A stretch of 64,000 nt of DNA from Lama glama (taxonomy: Eukaryota): positions 26,040,001 through 26,104,000 of the forward strand of contig CM052850.1 in the NCBI GenBank assembly GCA_028534125.1. Reading direction: 5' to 3'. Positions 43,901-56,200 of the stretch are shown here, piece by piece. Every line of letters starts with the position of its first letter. The first letter of the stretch is position 1. A model generated the notes under the pieces. That model was not told the origin of the DNA. It saw nothing but the letters and a program-made list of their open reading frames with translations, and searched no databases. The position numbers and the translations under genes were made by a program.

Positions 43901-46900
43901 ATCCAAGCACCTCACAGGCCACATTCCGTCCATCCTCAAGCCCCACCACCTGTCAGGCCCCCCTCGTGCAGGGAGAAGCTGTCTGGAGCCCAGGAGCGGC
44001 AGTACTGGCAGGGCAGCCCACACAAGCACCCTCTCTGCACCTCATGCCTGGAGGGACGTGGTGGCCGTAACTGGGCCTGGACCCTGCTCCCCAGGCTGCG
44101 GGACTCAGCCCATCGGGCAGGGGTGTGGGCTTCAGGGAAAGTGGGGCAACGGTGCCTGTGCTCAGAGAGGACCCAGGGACCCGGGTCACTGCTGCTCTGT
44201 GGGCAGGCGGCAGCTCACAGCCCGTACGTGGCTGGGACCAGAAACCTCCATTCACTGTCGGATTCCCACACACTGACTGAGCCCCAAATCCTGGGTCCAG
44301 GGTCTGGCTGCGGGCAGCTCCCTCCCACGGCTCCCTCCCACGTCCCCAGACCCGCTGCTGGATGATTTACTGCTGAGAACCTGCAGGCCAGCCCGGTCAG
44401 TCCCTCCCTTGATGTCCCGGAGCTCGGGGACAGATGGGGTCACCAACAAGCCAGCTCTCTTCCTCCCGCCCAGAGGCTGCAAACCAGGGCCTACGTCCGC
44501 TGCGCTCACCGTGTCTGAAGGCAGCCGGTATTTGCTGAATGAACAGACTCAGAAGTGGCCCACCCCTGGGGCTGGCCTGGCAGGTGACACTCCTGCCGTG
44601 ATGGGCGCCTCGTCCATGCGAGGACCCACAGGTCAGGAGAAGGACACCCTCACCTGGCTCCTGACTGACCGCCTCCCCGTCCAGCGCCTCGCGGACATCT
44701 GTCTGTCTGGCAGAGGTGTCAGATGTAACTCCTTTCCCACGGTTCCCCCTCCCCAGTCCACTTCTCAGAATGACCACAAGGGGGCCTGGACCACGAGCCA
44801 GCACAGAGCCAAAGGGACAGAGCCCTGGCCATGCAGCCGTGGCTCTGCCCATCTGGGGCTGAATCACCCAGAGCGGGGAGAGGCAGAGAGGGGTCCGAGA
44901 GGCACCAGAGACGAGACCCTGTGCCCGGGGCAAGGCCGCACTGACCAGAGGTGGGGTGAGGGACAAACGGAGGCTGAGGCTGGCGTCCTGACCTCACCCT
45001 CTTCTCCGGGGGTGGCCGTGGGACCCCATCTGCCCACCAGTGCCTCCAGTGTCCGTCTCTAATAGGTCCCCGAGCCTGAGCTCCCAGTGCCTCTTTAAGG
45101 GGTGCTGGCATCTGGACCTCACAGGTCAGTTTCCTGCCTCTCCTGCCAGGCTGACGCCCAGCAAGCGGGGCCTGGACTGACCCATCAAAGGCAAGCCTTG
45201 CCTGGCATGCAGTCACACCGCTAGGCAAGCCAGACACTCTCCTGCCTCACTGAGCTCAGCCTCAGACCCTGTGAGGCAGTCCTACCCTGTGAATTCACAC
45301 AGTGGATGGAGGGACAGATGGCTGGCTGCAGGGACGGGTGAGGCCAGAGGGCAGCTCTGACTTGAGAGAGGGGAGGGGGGTTCAGGCTGCCATGGGGCCC
45401 CTGAATTGTCTGGGAGGGATAAAGCGGGTGGCAAGTGACCACTAGAGCCCACCTCTGTGGGCGCCAAGGTTCGGCCCCAGTGGTGGAAGGAGTGGGTGTC
45501 ACTGGTGGTGGTGCAGGGCCTCTGCGGCGGGGGCGCTGGACCACCCACTGCAGCTGTGGGAAGGGGCTGCCTGCCTGTCCTTGGACCTGGTCCCTCACCA
45601 GGACAGGAGAAGCCCGCACGGCACGGGGCACACCGTGGAAGGACAAGGCCCCGCCCCCATGGGCAGGTGACCCCCACCATGTCCATGCTTGAGTCCCTAA
45701 GTTAATAAGGCCACCGGGAGAGGACTGAGGGTCTGCCTGCAGCTTCTGCTGTGCCGCTGCCCAGCCCTGCACAGGGCATGTGGCCCTGGCCCGCCGCCCC
45801 CTTGCCCGCTAAGCAATGGAGCAGGAGCTTTCCCGAGGACACGATGAGGTGGACACCTCTGGACCCCACTCCGCCTGCACAGGGAGCTGGGGTCAGGCGG
45901 AAGCCCATACGGGGACGGGGCCAGGAGTCAGTGCCCGGGGGCCCTGGGCAGCCTCAGACCTTCCACCAGGGGCCGGTGCCACGGCCCAGCTGCTGCGCAA
46001 GATAGATGGGCGGCCAAGTGCGCAGGGACCAGCAGGCAGGCCTCACATGTTCCTCTCTCCCACCCGGAAAAACCGGCAGCCTCCCAGTTCCTGAAGGGCC
46101 TCTGAGGCTGGACAGATGGACGATGGACGGGGGAGGTCAGGCCGGCAAGCCACTCCCGGCGCCACCTCCGCTGCTCCCTAACCCTGCCCCGCTCTGGACT
46201 CGGGCCCTGGCCAGGGGCCTGTCCTCCCGCTGCCAGTTAGAGGGAAGTGCCCCCGGTGCTGCAGAGCGTGAAATATCGACGGGACAAGCAGCTCTTGCCG
46301 AGGGCCTGGGAACCGGCTCCGAGGCCTGGGCGACAGGCTGTGCCCAGCAGCCACCCCCCGCTGGCCTGAGCTGGGCGTCAGGGGACAGCTGCGGCAGCTG
46401 GCTGGGGGGGTCTGGCCCGGGGCCCCGGTGGCTCCCAGCTCTGCGCCTGCGCTGCGGCCCCTCCCCTCCCTCTGCCCCCTGACCCCTACCTGCACTCCAA
46501 GGTCAGGGCCATGCACCAGGGCCCCTAGCGAGGAAGGGGCTGGTGGGGGTTACCGCCACATGTCACAGGCCAACCCTGTGGGAGGCAGAATGACACCCCC
46601 ACCCCCAGAGACGTCAACCCTGGGGCCTGGGGACATTTCCTCACACAGCAAAGGGGGCTCCAGGCCGCCAACCAGCTGACTTAGAACAGGGCGCGGAGCC
46701 TGGATCCCCAGGCAGGCCCAGTGTCACCCCAGGGTCCCAACAGTGGGGGGGGCCAGGAGGGCAGAGTCAGAGTGACGGGGTGACACCTGACTGGCCACAG
46801 CCGCCCTGGGCGATGGAGGAAGGGGCCACAAGCCCAGAAGCCGGAAAAGACGAGGAAACGACTCTCAACGACTCTCCCCTGGAGCCTCCAGGAGGGACCG

Positions 46901-48303
46901 GACTGTGACACCTGGGCTTCCGCCCGTGAGGCCCAGCTGGACTCCGACCTCCCGACTGAGAGGGTGAGGGTGTCATTGTGGCCACTCACTGTAGGGACTG
47001 TCCCGGCAGCGACAGGACACGCAGACACTCCCGAGGCCGCAGAGCAGCCAGTCTGCCGTGCCGGTACGTCCCAGGGGCAGCATGCGCGGGCCTTGGCCAA
47101 ACCCTCGGCCTGCTGGGCTGCTGTCCCACTGCCCCTGCTGGGCACGGGGGTCCTGCTGCCCATACCCTGCTTCCTGGGCGCCTCCCTTCAGCCTCCGCAA
47201 CCCGACAGCCTTCCCCCCGACCCATGGAGGCCAGAGCTGCCTTCAGGGACGAGTCCCCAGGTACCGGACCTCACTGAAAGCTGGGATAAAAACAGACACT
47301 GAGAAGGGGGAGGACAGAGCTCAGTGGTGGAATGCATGCGTGCTTAGGTAGCACGAGGTCCTGGGTTCAATCCCCAGGACCTCCTCTAGAAAAAGTTAAG
47401 TAAACTTAATTACCCCCCCCCAAGAAAATAGTAAAGTAACATAAAATAAAAAATAAAATAAAACAAGACACTGAAACACCCAAAGACCCCTGAGAGCGGC
47501 TGGCGGGAGCCCTGAGTGGAGGGCCCCTTCCACTGTGCCCCTGTGCCAGCTGCCTGCATCTCCCATCACAGGGACCTGCCTGCGCTCTGCAGGGGCCGCC
47601 TATGCGGGGACCCTGAGGACAGGCAAAGCCTCTCTGCTCCTGACTCCCCTCCAACGAGCCTGTGCTGGGCCCCCCCCCCCGTCCAGACCCCCTGGGGGCA
47701 CAGCCACCCTAATGGGGTTCCCACCCCGTCTGTCTGGTGGACACTGCCGTGGGCCCAGCTACCCAGATGGCTGGAGAGAAGGTGAGGCCCTGCAAAGCAC
47801 TGGGCGAACTCACATGGGACCTGAGCCCACGGCAGGGCAGGGCGGCCCACACGGTGGGGCACAGGGCTGGGGTTGGGGTGGGGGACGGGGAAGGGAGCCG
47901 GCAGGAAGACGGCCCAGCCCACAGCGCCGGGGCCTGAGCCTCCCCATGGGGACCCCAGGGACATCCTTCAGCATGGCCCCATGACATATGCTCAGAAAAG
48001 ATTCTGAAACCAGCCAAGGGTCCATCGCGGAAAATGGATCTCAGGACCACTCATCCTTCACCTGCGGCTCTTCAACCACAAAGAAAGCCCATCCCACCGA
48101 CGTGTCAGCCGGAGCACCCAACGCTCCCTCCCCTGGGAACCTGGACGAAGAGTACCCAGACCCCGAGTCCCCCGGCCCCGGGCCGGGGCCCTGTCCACCT
48201 TCCTTACCTCGGATGCTGTGTCGGGAGGGGCCCGGGAACCAGGGCAGCAGCAGCAGGACCAGCAGGTAGACCAGTGAGAGCACGTTGAAGCGGAACAGGC
48301 AGG
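19945..48303 (-). CDS. PIEZO1: Mechanosensitive cation channel PIEZO1, exons 2-51 (5'-partial; ~2500 aa if exon 1 contributes 64 nt as in human)
   Basis: Exons (minus): e2 48208-48303, e3 43132-43254, e4 42152-42194, e5 41910-42048, e6 39236-39404, e7 38874-39087, e8 38597-38768, e9 38400-38513, e10 38230-38320, e11 37505-37605, e12 36924-37184, e13 36145-36256, e14 35884-36062, e15 35633-35781, e16 35369-35551, e17 34904-35013, e18 34660-34814, e19 34331-34507, e20 33662-33787, e21 33372-33572, e22 32718-32922, e23 29642-29746, e24 28929-29082, e25 28464-28707, e26 28300-28396, e27 28049-28220, e28 27542-27631, e29 27376-27470, e30 27023-27094, e31 26332-26432, e32 25944-26025, e33 25818-25874, e34 25567-25739, e35 25399-25481, e36 25036-25230, e37 24695-24953, e38 24438-24626, e39 23876-24128, e40 23584-23713, e41 23354-23501, e42 23051-23265, e43 22801-22959, e44 22575-22722, e45 21380-21568, e46 21167-21259, e47 20907-21079, e48 20707-20829, e49 20553-20632, e50 20277-20466, e51 19945-20194. 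All GT-AG with consistent phase (7439 nt). Hallmarks: [17 protein letters not shown] (PFEW motif), [20 protein letters not shown], and C-terminus [15 protein letters not shown]-stop. Confidence 0.96.
21690..22385 (+). mobile_element. Old L1M (L1MB-like) 3' fragment, PIEZO1 intron 44
   Basis: Collinear degenerate matches to the recalled L1MB 3' consensus: AATGGAAAGCTACTCAGC.., CAAAGGCCACGTGCCGTGTG.., GTGGCTGCCAG.., GAACCACCCAGCTGTGCAC.., GTGAATTA. Confidence 0.6.
24262..24418. repeat. Degenerate (TG)n microsatellite, PIEZO1 intron 38
   Basis: ~155 nt of near-continuous purine-pyrimidine alternation. Confidence 0.8.
30030..30900 (+). mobile_element. Old L1M fragments, PIEZO1 intron 22
   Basis: GAATGGCTAAAATAAAA..CGCTGGCACGGA.. 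resembles the L1M ORF2-end/3'UTR consensus. Boundaries approximate. Confidence 0.45.
31869..31972 (+). mobile_element. tRNA-derived SINE, degenerate copy, PIEZO1 intron 22
   Basis: GGGGAGGGG..TGGCAGAGCGCGTGCTTAGCAGGCATGAGGTCCTGGGTTCATCCCCAG; same family as the 15.2 kb and 47.3 kb copies. Confidence 0.75.
35330..36150. promoter_or_regulatory. Intragenic CpG-rich island over PIEZO1 exons 13-16
   Basis: Introns 13-16 are themselves CpG-dense; (CCCCG)n GC-box run at ~35588-35624. Confidence 0.55.
36385..36552. repeat. Degenerate (CA)n microsatellite, PIEZO1 intron 12
   Basis: Repeated CACAC/CACGC/CACAGG units. Similar tracts at ~10313-10368 and ~29200-29430. Confidence 0.65.
43490..43550 (+). 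mobile_element. MIR fragment
   Basis: CACAGA..GAAA..GCACAGAGAGGTAAAGTGACCTG..GTCACACAGC core. Similar short relics near 2030, 9070, 42320, 50630, 54915 and 60170. Confidence 0.55.
47306..47465 (+). mobile_element. tRNA-derived SINE with A-rich tail and target-site duplication, PIEZO1 intron 2
   Basis: GGGGGAGGACAGAGCTCAGTGGTGG..GAGGTCCTGGGTTCAATCCCCAG followed by an AT-rich tail. TSD AGACACTGA at 47294-47302 and 47466-47474. Confidence 0.85.
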
Positions 48304-50054
48304 CTGCGGGGAGACGGGAGCCACAGTCAGCACAGCCACCACGGCCGCACGGCAGGGGCAGCCCACCCCCGGGCGCCCCCTGAATACCACCCCCCGAATA
48401 CCTCTGCCAGAGGTGCTGTGCTCATGACCCCCGCGAGGCTGCCCGCCGCCCTGCACGGGGGAGCGACCTCACTCAGCACGGGACGTGCCACCTGCCACTC
48501 GGGGCAGCCTCACTGTCACCCGCGTCTGACAAGTGGGCTCTAGTGTCTGCCCATGTCTGGGGACCCGCCCGCGGGGCTCACCCCTCTGGGGGCCGACCCC
48601 GAGAGTGGACTGTTCTGACTCGCTCTTTTCTCCTTCGTAAGACTTTACGTCTTCAGTCACCGCAGCACAGCTGACTTCGGGGCCCAGCTCTCCGAGCCTC
48701 CTCCCTCTTCTGCCTCCCGGACGCTCAGGTGCGCCCTTCCCAGCAGCCCCGCCCAGCACTGCACTCACTCGGGCCACAGCGGGGCCCCCAGAACGTCCCA
48801 TGGGGGACCGCGTGGCACGGAGACCTGGAGTCACGCCCATGCCTAGCTCCCACCTTCCCTCTTAAAGGCTCAACAACGTGTCCCCAAGTCTCACACTGCA
48901 GACACTATCCTGAGGAAGGGCAGAGGGGACGGGACCTCGCCCACCCCCCGGGAACTGAGGTGGTCAGGGGGTGCCGGGGCAAGTCTCATCACTGGGGAGC
49001 TGGACCACTCAGCCTCTCCTGGGGGCCTGAGGAGGGTGGCGGTGTGTGGGCCCTGCCCGCTCCGCTCCAGCAGAGGGCCCAGGGGACCGGGCCCTGCCTG
49101 CCCGGGCCAGGACAGAGCAGACGGCCGCAGGCGCTGGTGCGCACCACGGACCCAGCGCCTCCTGAACGGCCCACCTCCCAGCTGGATCGTCGTGACCGAG
49201 CAGAGGGGCGGCTATCCCACCTCCGCTCTGCCCCTCAGACCCCATCCGTGGACCATGAGCCCGGCAAGGGCCAGATCTCTGCTTAGCAGCCGTCTAGACG
49301 GCCAGGGCCACAGCAAGCTGCCCTGAACCCGGCCATGTCCTTGGTCATACAGACCACCCCTCCCCGGGCAGGTGGCAGGGCCTGTCCCATGCCCCCCACC
49401 AGCAACCCAGCAATGAGGGAACCACTGGCCGGCACTGGGGCCCCGAGACAGACTCGGAAGCACCCTGAGCTCTGGTCCGGCTGCCTGCCCTTCTGGACAT
49501 CGCCAGGCCTCCTGCTCCCTGAGCACCCCTAAAGCTAGGACGTACATTGACCATAGAGATCGGCTCAACTAGAAATCTAAAGCTTTCAGTAATTAAACAT
49601 TTCCACAGAAACAACAAAAAAGTCCATCTGATATGGCCCAAGAGGCAGCAGGGAAGTGCACTTACAGCAAAGGCTTCCGAAGTTGCCTTCTGCTACCCAG
49701 AGCTGCACCTCTCAGCCCACCGGGCCCTGCTTCCCTCCCCGCAGCGCCAGCCCCAGCCTCGTCCCCAGGGAGGGGGACCAGCCTGGTGAGAACTCCTCCA
49801 GCCAGGACACCCACCCAAGTAACTTTCTCCTGCACCGATCCTGCAGGACTCTGCCCCGTGGTACTCTTGTCCTGATCTGCCAGGGACACCAAACACTGAA
49901 CAATCAGACGTGCACCAGGGATGGTGTTCAGAAGGGGGGGGCCTCCCGGAGGCAGACGTGCAGCTTCAGAGGAGAAGGGACAGCCGAGGCCCCACCGTGT
50001 CTGCTGGCTCCCACCTGGCTCTGTAAGCAGACCCTGCCCCGGACAGGCACGCAG

Positions 50055-50218
50055 GGCCAGTGCTTAAGGGACGAGGGCTTCCGTTCAGGAGGAGTTCCAG
50101 ACGCACACGGAGGGGATGGCTGCACGATACTGAGGGTGTGCTTAATGCCACTGAACCGGACACTTAAACGTGGTTAAGACGGTGAATTTTCTTACATGAA
50201 TTTTACCAAAACAAAAAG
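50055..50218 (+). mobile_element. L1MB-like extreme 3' end with A tail
   Basis: GGGGATGGCTGCACGA..GTGCTTAATGCCACTGAAC..ACACTTAAA..TGGTTAAGACGGTGAATTTT..TGAATTTTACCAAAACAAAAA. Confidence 0.7.
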
Positions 50219-53200
50219 GCCAACAGCCCCTGAAATCAGCGAAGGGCCTCAGAAACCAGAACCAGAGGGGCAGGGCTGGCCCGAGCCTGGCCAGGGGAGC
50301 CAGGAGGTGTGGGGGGCTGGGCCAAGCAGGAGGGAAGGAATCTCGAGGCTCAGCTGCCAGAAGCAGGAAATCAGAGATGCACAGTCAGGGGCAGGGGCAG
50401 AGGGCGTGGGAGGCACTTTGGAATGGACTGCACGGCTCGCAGCCCCAGTGCCAGGCACTGCCCCCACTCTGGGAGGGTCGCCGGGCACCACAGGCCCACC
50501 CCCTCCCCCGTCATCTGTCCATCAGACACACAGCTGACAGCCCGGTGCGAGGCCCTAGCTCAGCTCCAGTGACACAGAAGAGAGTTAGAGAAAGTGTGGT
50601 CTGACCTGGGACACGAGCACCTCCGCCCACTTGGATGAGGAAACTGAGGCCACAGGGTGGCCGCCCGCCCACCGGAGCCAGGCTGTGAGAGGGTCTCCCT
50701 GACTCCACCCTGCAGGCAGTGCTGCCAGGAAGCTGGCAGTGGTCAGGCGGGCAGGGCCCGGACAGCAGCCCAGGGGATGTGAGCCTGAAAGCGGGGCCAC
50801 TGGCCTCTAGTCCCCGCAGGGCAGTCTTGGGGGTGGGGTGACAGAGCAACTGGGGTGCATCTCCAGCCTGCCCTGCCCATCCCCTGGCATTAGGGCCTGG
50901 GGATGGAGCAAGAGGCCAGCCAGCAGAGGAAGAGTTGCTGGGCCCACAGGGGCACCAGGAGCAGAGGCAGACTGGCCTTGATGGGGAGGCCGGGGTGACT
51001 TCTGGGATCCCCATTATTCAGGGGAGAAAACAAGTTTTCAAGGGGTTTCATGGTGGGACAGCCTGGACTTAGGTCCAGACTCCTGGCCCCACAGCAGGGC
51101 TTTTGGAACAGGCCTCGGGGCTGCTGGTCTCAGTGCCATGAATGTGGCCTGTGACTGCAAGCCAAGGAGGCCCAGGGTATCAGAGCAGGCTGCCTGGAGG
51201 CGGCATTGTTCTGGCCTTGAAGGCCGACTGAGACTCAGAGAAGGCCAGAGGAGGGTGGGTCAGCCCCAGGCTCCAGCACAGAAGGAAGAAACTCAGCTGG
51301 GCAGGAAGTGGGGACCAAAGAAGGGGGACAGGGCCTGCTCTGACAGGCACCCCCACCTCCCCCATCAGAGCTGCCGTGGCTGGTGACCTCATGGGGGAAA
51401 CATGCCTTTTCCTGAGCCAGAAACAATAGGATGGGGGTGAGGGCAGAGGGAAAGCTAGCGTGCTGCGCAGCAAAGGGCTCCTGCAGGCCTGGCTGGACGT
51501 CCCGCCCTGGCATGCGGGCAGGGCCTGCAGGGTTGGGGGTGTCAGACGCCCAAGACCATGGACAGGGGTGGACACTCCACAGCACGGCTGTTGCTACCCT
51601 GGGCACCTGCGATGCAGGGGTGCTGCTGTGGCCGCTACTCTGCAGGTGAGGCAGCCGAGTCCCAGAGACCGGGGCTGGTACCCCAGAAATGGTGTGGGTC
51701 TGGGCGGCCCAGGGGGCAGAAGGCGGGGTCAAGGGTGGGAGGGTGAGAGCCCAGAGCCCAGGGGCTGCTGTAGCTCCCACAGCCACTTCCTCCTCTCCCC
51801 TCTGTGCCCCTGCTCGGGTGAGTCCCGTGGGCCTGGCCGGCTGCTGGGTCACAGGGAGAAGGGGGAGAAGGGCCATGGGCTGAGCAGTCAGGAAGTGCTT
51901 CTGGGAGGGGGCGGTGCTGTGGCCTAGTCCGTGCCAGGGACCGGGGGCCAGGAAACTTGCCACAGCCTCAGTCTCGGGGAGATGGGGCCTCCCTGCGCCT
52001 CTGTTTCTCCCCCGAGGGAGCTGTTGCCGTGGAGACGGTGCCCAGTACCGCGAACCAACCTGCAGGACATGCAGCGCAGACGCCACCTGCCACGTGACAA
52101 TTCCTCTGGTACAAAACTCAAGCGAGAACAGACACAGTGCGTGTGGACGCTAAAAAGGCCCGACAGACGTACACCAAGCAGAGTCAGGGCAGGAGGGCCC
52201 CCGGCCACTGCTGTGAGGTCTCCTTTCTCACAAGGAGAAGGTTCTCACGCATCACAGGGCTGTTAACAAGTGAACCGACCGCGAGGTAAGCTGCGGGGTG
52301 CACAGACGGCGTCGGGTTGCCGGGCCCAGGCTTCCCCTTTACAGAAGGGCCGGAGGCTGGGAAGGATGTGAGTCATCTGGGTCCCCAGGACACATGGCAG
52401 CTCGGAACCAGACCCAGGGTCTCTGACCCGGCGGGCACCCCAGGCCTGCCCTACCACCAGCTGCGTGAAGCTCCTCTGGGCAGGCCAGGGGCAAGAGGCT
52501 CAGGGTCCCCAGGGGAAAGCTGCCAGGCCAGGGCGGCTGCCAGGGCAGGGGTCCCATCTGAGCTCTGACCGCCCGACCCCAGTGGCTGCATCTCCGGCCA
52601 GCTTGTTCGCTCTGCCTTATTTGGCTTGGAGGAGAAACCTATAAACACTTCCCTGTTTGCTGCTGCCAGCGCGCGGGTGGGGTGCGCAGAGGAGGAAGAG
52701 GCGAGACAGTCGTGGCAGCGGGGCAGCCCAGCGGCACTCACCGTCCCCCGCTGTCCATCCGTCCCAGGGGGCCACACCTGCCATGCCCCCCGAGGCAGGG
52801 TACAGAGACCGGACCCAGACCCAGAGGTGATCAGGGTTAGATGAGACACGCTTTCTGGAAGAGGAAGGCTGGGGAGGCCGGCCGAGGGCACAGGGGGAGC
52901 TGGTCCACCCTGCACGGCCCCCACCCTCTGGGGACAAGAGCTGCGGTTGGGGCCAGCAGGGCAGTGCGGCCTGGCACCCTGGGGCCCTGAGCCCGTAGAA
53001 GGTGGGCGGGAGCTGAGGGGCCGCAGCCCGCCCAGAACCCCCCACAGCCTCAGGCACCAGGCCCACCAGCCGGCCTCCGCTCGATCACTGCCACCTGCCC
53101 TCACCTGCGTGTGGCACATGCCCCAGACCTTGCCCCAGACCCTGTCCCAGCCGCAGCACCACTGCCCCAGGCACCCGCTCTGGGGAGGGGGTCCCCTCAC

Positions 53201-56200
53201 TGGACAGACACTGGACAGCCCGCAGGGGGTCGTGGTGGGCCTGCTCCTGCCCAGCACTAAGGGCAGAGGAGGGTGAGGGCGCAGGAAGGAACAGCTGGTC
53301 CCCGGCCCTCCTGGGCCAGCACAGACTACGTGGCATGGAGAGGGCACCGCAGTCCGAAAGCGCTCTAATCCTCAGCGACCTTCAAAGGCACCCCTTCCTT
53401 CTGCAGGAGAGAGACTGAGGTCGTGGGAGAACGGAGGCCAGAGACAAGGACGTAGGCTCCTGGGAGACACGGGATGGAGCGCGGAGCCCCACGGGTAGGA
53501 GGGGCCAAGGGACACCGTGTTACCTACTTGGACCCTGGCCAAGAAGCCCAGGGCACCACGGTGCTGGCAGAGAGCCTAATTAGCACGGTGTCCAGGTTTA
53601 ATCGGCATGGTGTCCAGGAAACCTGGCTTGACAACTCACCTGACCTACATAGGGCGGGGCCCCTCCCTGCAGTGCTAGCTCCGTGAGGCTACGGTGACTG
53701 CCCAGGGCCAAGGGGGCCTGGCGGCTGCCATGAACAGGACACCAGGAAAAGGGACTGAACCACAGCCCAGCATCTCCCAAGGTGCGCCAGCATTGCCCGG
53801 GAAAGTCCCACATGAGCCCAGGCTGGCACCCCTGGGCCCGTTTCAGATGGGGGAGACGGCTCCCCAAGGTGACCAGCAGATGAAGCACAGGGGGCTCGAA
53901 CACCTCAGCCCAAGCTCTCAACCAGCACTGCCCATGCGGGGGGAGCCCGGGCCGGGGGAGCCCAGACGAGGGGAGCCCCGGCCAGGGGTCCGGGGTCAGG
54001 GTGGGGATGCTCAGACAGCTGCTCCCAGGGGTCAGGCGCTGATCTCTTGGTCCCCCACTGCAGGCAGACAGAGGGGTGCCGGGGTGCTTCTGCACTTCTC
54101 CCCTCCAGGCTGCTCAGACCCCTCCCCCAGTGCACAGCCTTCACCGAAGACCCTCAGCGTTGCTGGAACCCCCTTCCCAGGCTGTCAGCCAGCCCCTCCC
54201 CCAGAGCCAGGCCTGGGGCTCCCCTAGAAAAGAGCACCTCTCCCCACCCCACAGCCCTTTGTTTGCAGCTGGACTGTTCGTTGTGGCCTCTGTCTCCCCA
54301 CCCCTCAAGGATCAGGGCTCCCGCCCCCACCACGCCCTCCTCAGTGGAGAGGGCTGGATTCCAGGCCAGGGGCAGGCCCACATTCCACAGGGAGGGACCT
54401 GCACAGAGACACCCCCACCCCCCAGCAGGAGGAGACCTCCCTCAAACCTGCAGGGTTGGTCCCGGCTGGCAGGTGAGGGGGCTGGCAGGTGAGGGGTAGT
54501 TACGGACACGCCCCCACCTACCCTGTCTGGGATGTGGTCTGACAAGGGGACCCCTCCGCAGGTCACCTAGAGCTCAGGGCCTGGCTGAGACACAGGCCAC
54601 AGCCAGGGTTGCTTGGAGGGCCAGGTGACAGCCTGTGTCCCCAAGGCCAGTGCCCAGCACAGGGAGCCCTCCTGCCACATGGACGCCTCTTCACAGAGGT
54701 CAGTCCTGTGCAGGCCCTCCTCCTGGATCCCTGCCACCAACACTGCCCAGGGACGGGCGGGACACCCTCCAGCCTCACGGAAAGGGGCTCCCAGCTGAGC
54801 GGCACCCCTAGACCACAAGGGGCAGGCCCCACTGTGCGTGACTGGCACCAGGACACACAGGGCCTCCCTGCACCCTGGTGGGCACTGCCACGGCCTGACC
54901 CCGGGCTCTGTGCCATTTTTCACATGGGGAACCTGAGGCACGGTGGGCCCAGCTGGGGTGCCCATGTGCATCTCAGGGCCTCCCAACAGCCTCACTGCCC
55001 CGTTGGAGACAGCCCTGACCAGTTCCTCCGCACACCAGCCCCACTCAGCTGGGTCCCACCTGCTCTTCCCTGGACCCTGCCCCCTAGCTCACCAACTCCA
55101 CCCCGAGGAGCACCTCACACCCAGGGGACAGACAGACAGCCCTCAACAACCAGAGTGTCCACAGATGGCCTGTCTGGGGATGTGGTGACAGGACAGTAGT
55201 GGGCGGGGGGGACGACAAGTTACCATTCCCACGTTCCCAGTGCAGCCGGGGAGCTGGCACCGACATCCTTGCTGGGGACACAGCCACTGCAGGCACAGCT
55301 GTCTCAGGCAGGAGGGGCCCTGCTGGCCATCCAAGTACAGGGGGTCCTCTGTGAAGGGGGCAGCGGGAGGCAGGGGAGGCCCGAGGCTGGCCAGAGTGGC
55401 CCTCTGTCTCTCATCCAGAAAGTGGACACCGCAGCTCCAGCCCTGTCCCCCCGGCCTGGGTTACCGTGAGGACCCATGTCAGACATGTGAGGGGCTTCTG
55501 CCCGTGGGGGTTCTCTCGAGCGTGAGGGGCAGGTGTGGCTCAGAAAGCAGAGGCCACTTAACCCTGAAGGGGCTGTGACACCCTGACCCCCGTCATGCGG
55601 AGCAGTGCAGGGAGCCTGACCCTGGGTGGACAGCGCACTCCAGAAGCCTCTTCCAGAGTGAATGGGGCTAAGCTCTGGGTAAACAAGGACGCTTGTGACC
55701 TGGGGCCACTCCCACTCCTGCCCCGAATTCCAGGCTCGTTGACCTGACTGGGCTCCAGAGGCGGCCCCCATCCCACAGTGTGGGGGTTCCGAGAAGTGAC
55801 CCATCCCTGCCCTGGGAATGATGGGGTGACGAGGCTGTGCTGCACAGGGACCCTTGTGAGCCAGGACACAGGCCTTGTCCCTACACTGCCCCCTGGCTCT
55901 CAGGCTGAGAGCCTCCCTCACTCAGAACCCCCCAGGCTGACCACCACACGAGGGCCTCCTCACCCTCAACACGGCCCCACCTGGAGCCACTCAGGCCCCG
56001 TGGCTCTACTGCAGAGGACACAGCGAGGGTCCACACCTGCCACAGGCCCCACATCACACACACAAGGGCCGGCCAGGTGCGTGTCAGGCGTGGTCATAAG
56101 CCCCGGATGCCAGGAGGAGCAGGGAGCCCGGTCTGCCCTCAGTCCCCACGGTCTGAGGATTATGTGGGAAGCACTAAAAGGATCACAGGGAGAGTCTGGA

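Noticed and set aside
47306-47380. tRNA gene (also 15181-15260 and 31869-31940)
   Set aside because: A and B boxes are present but no intact cloverleaf. The A-rich tail and TSD indicate SINEs.
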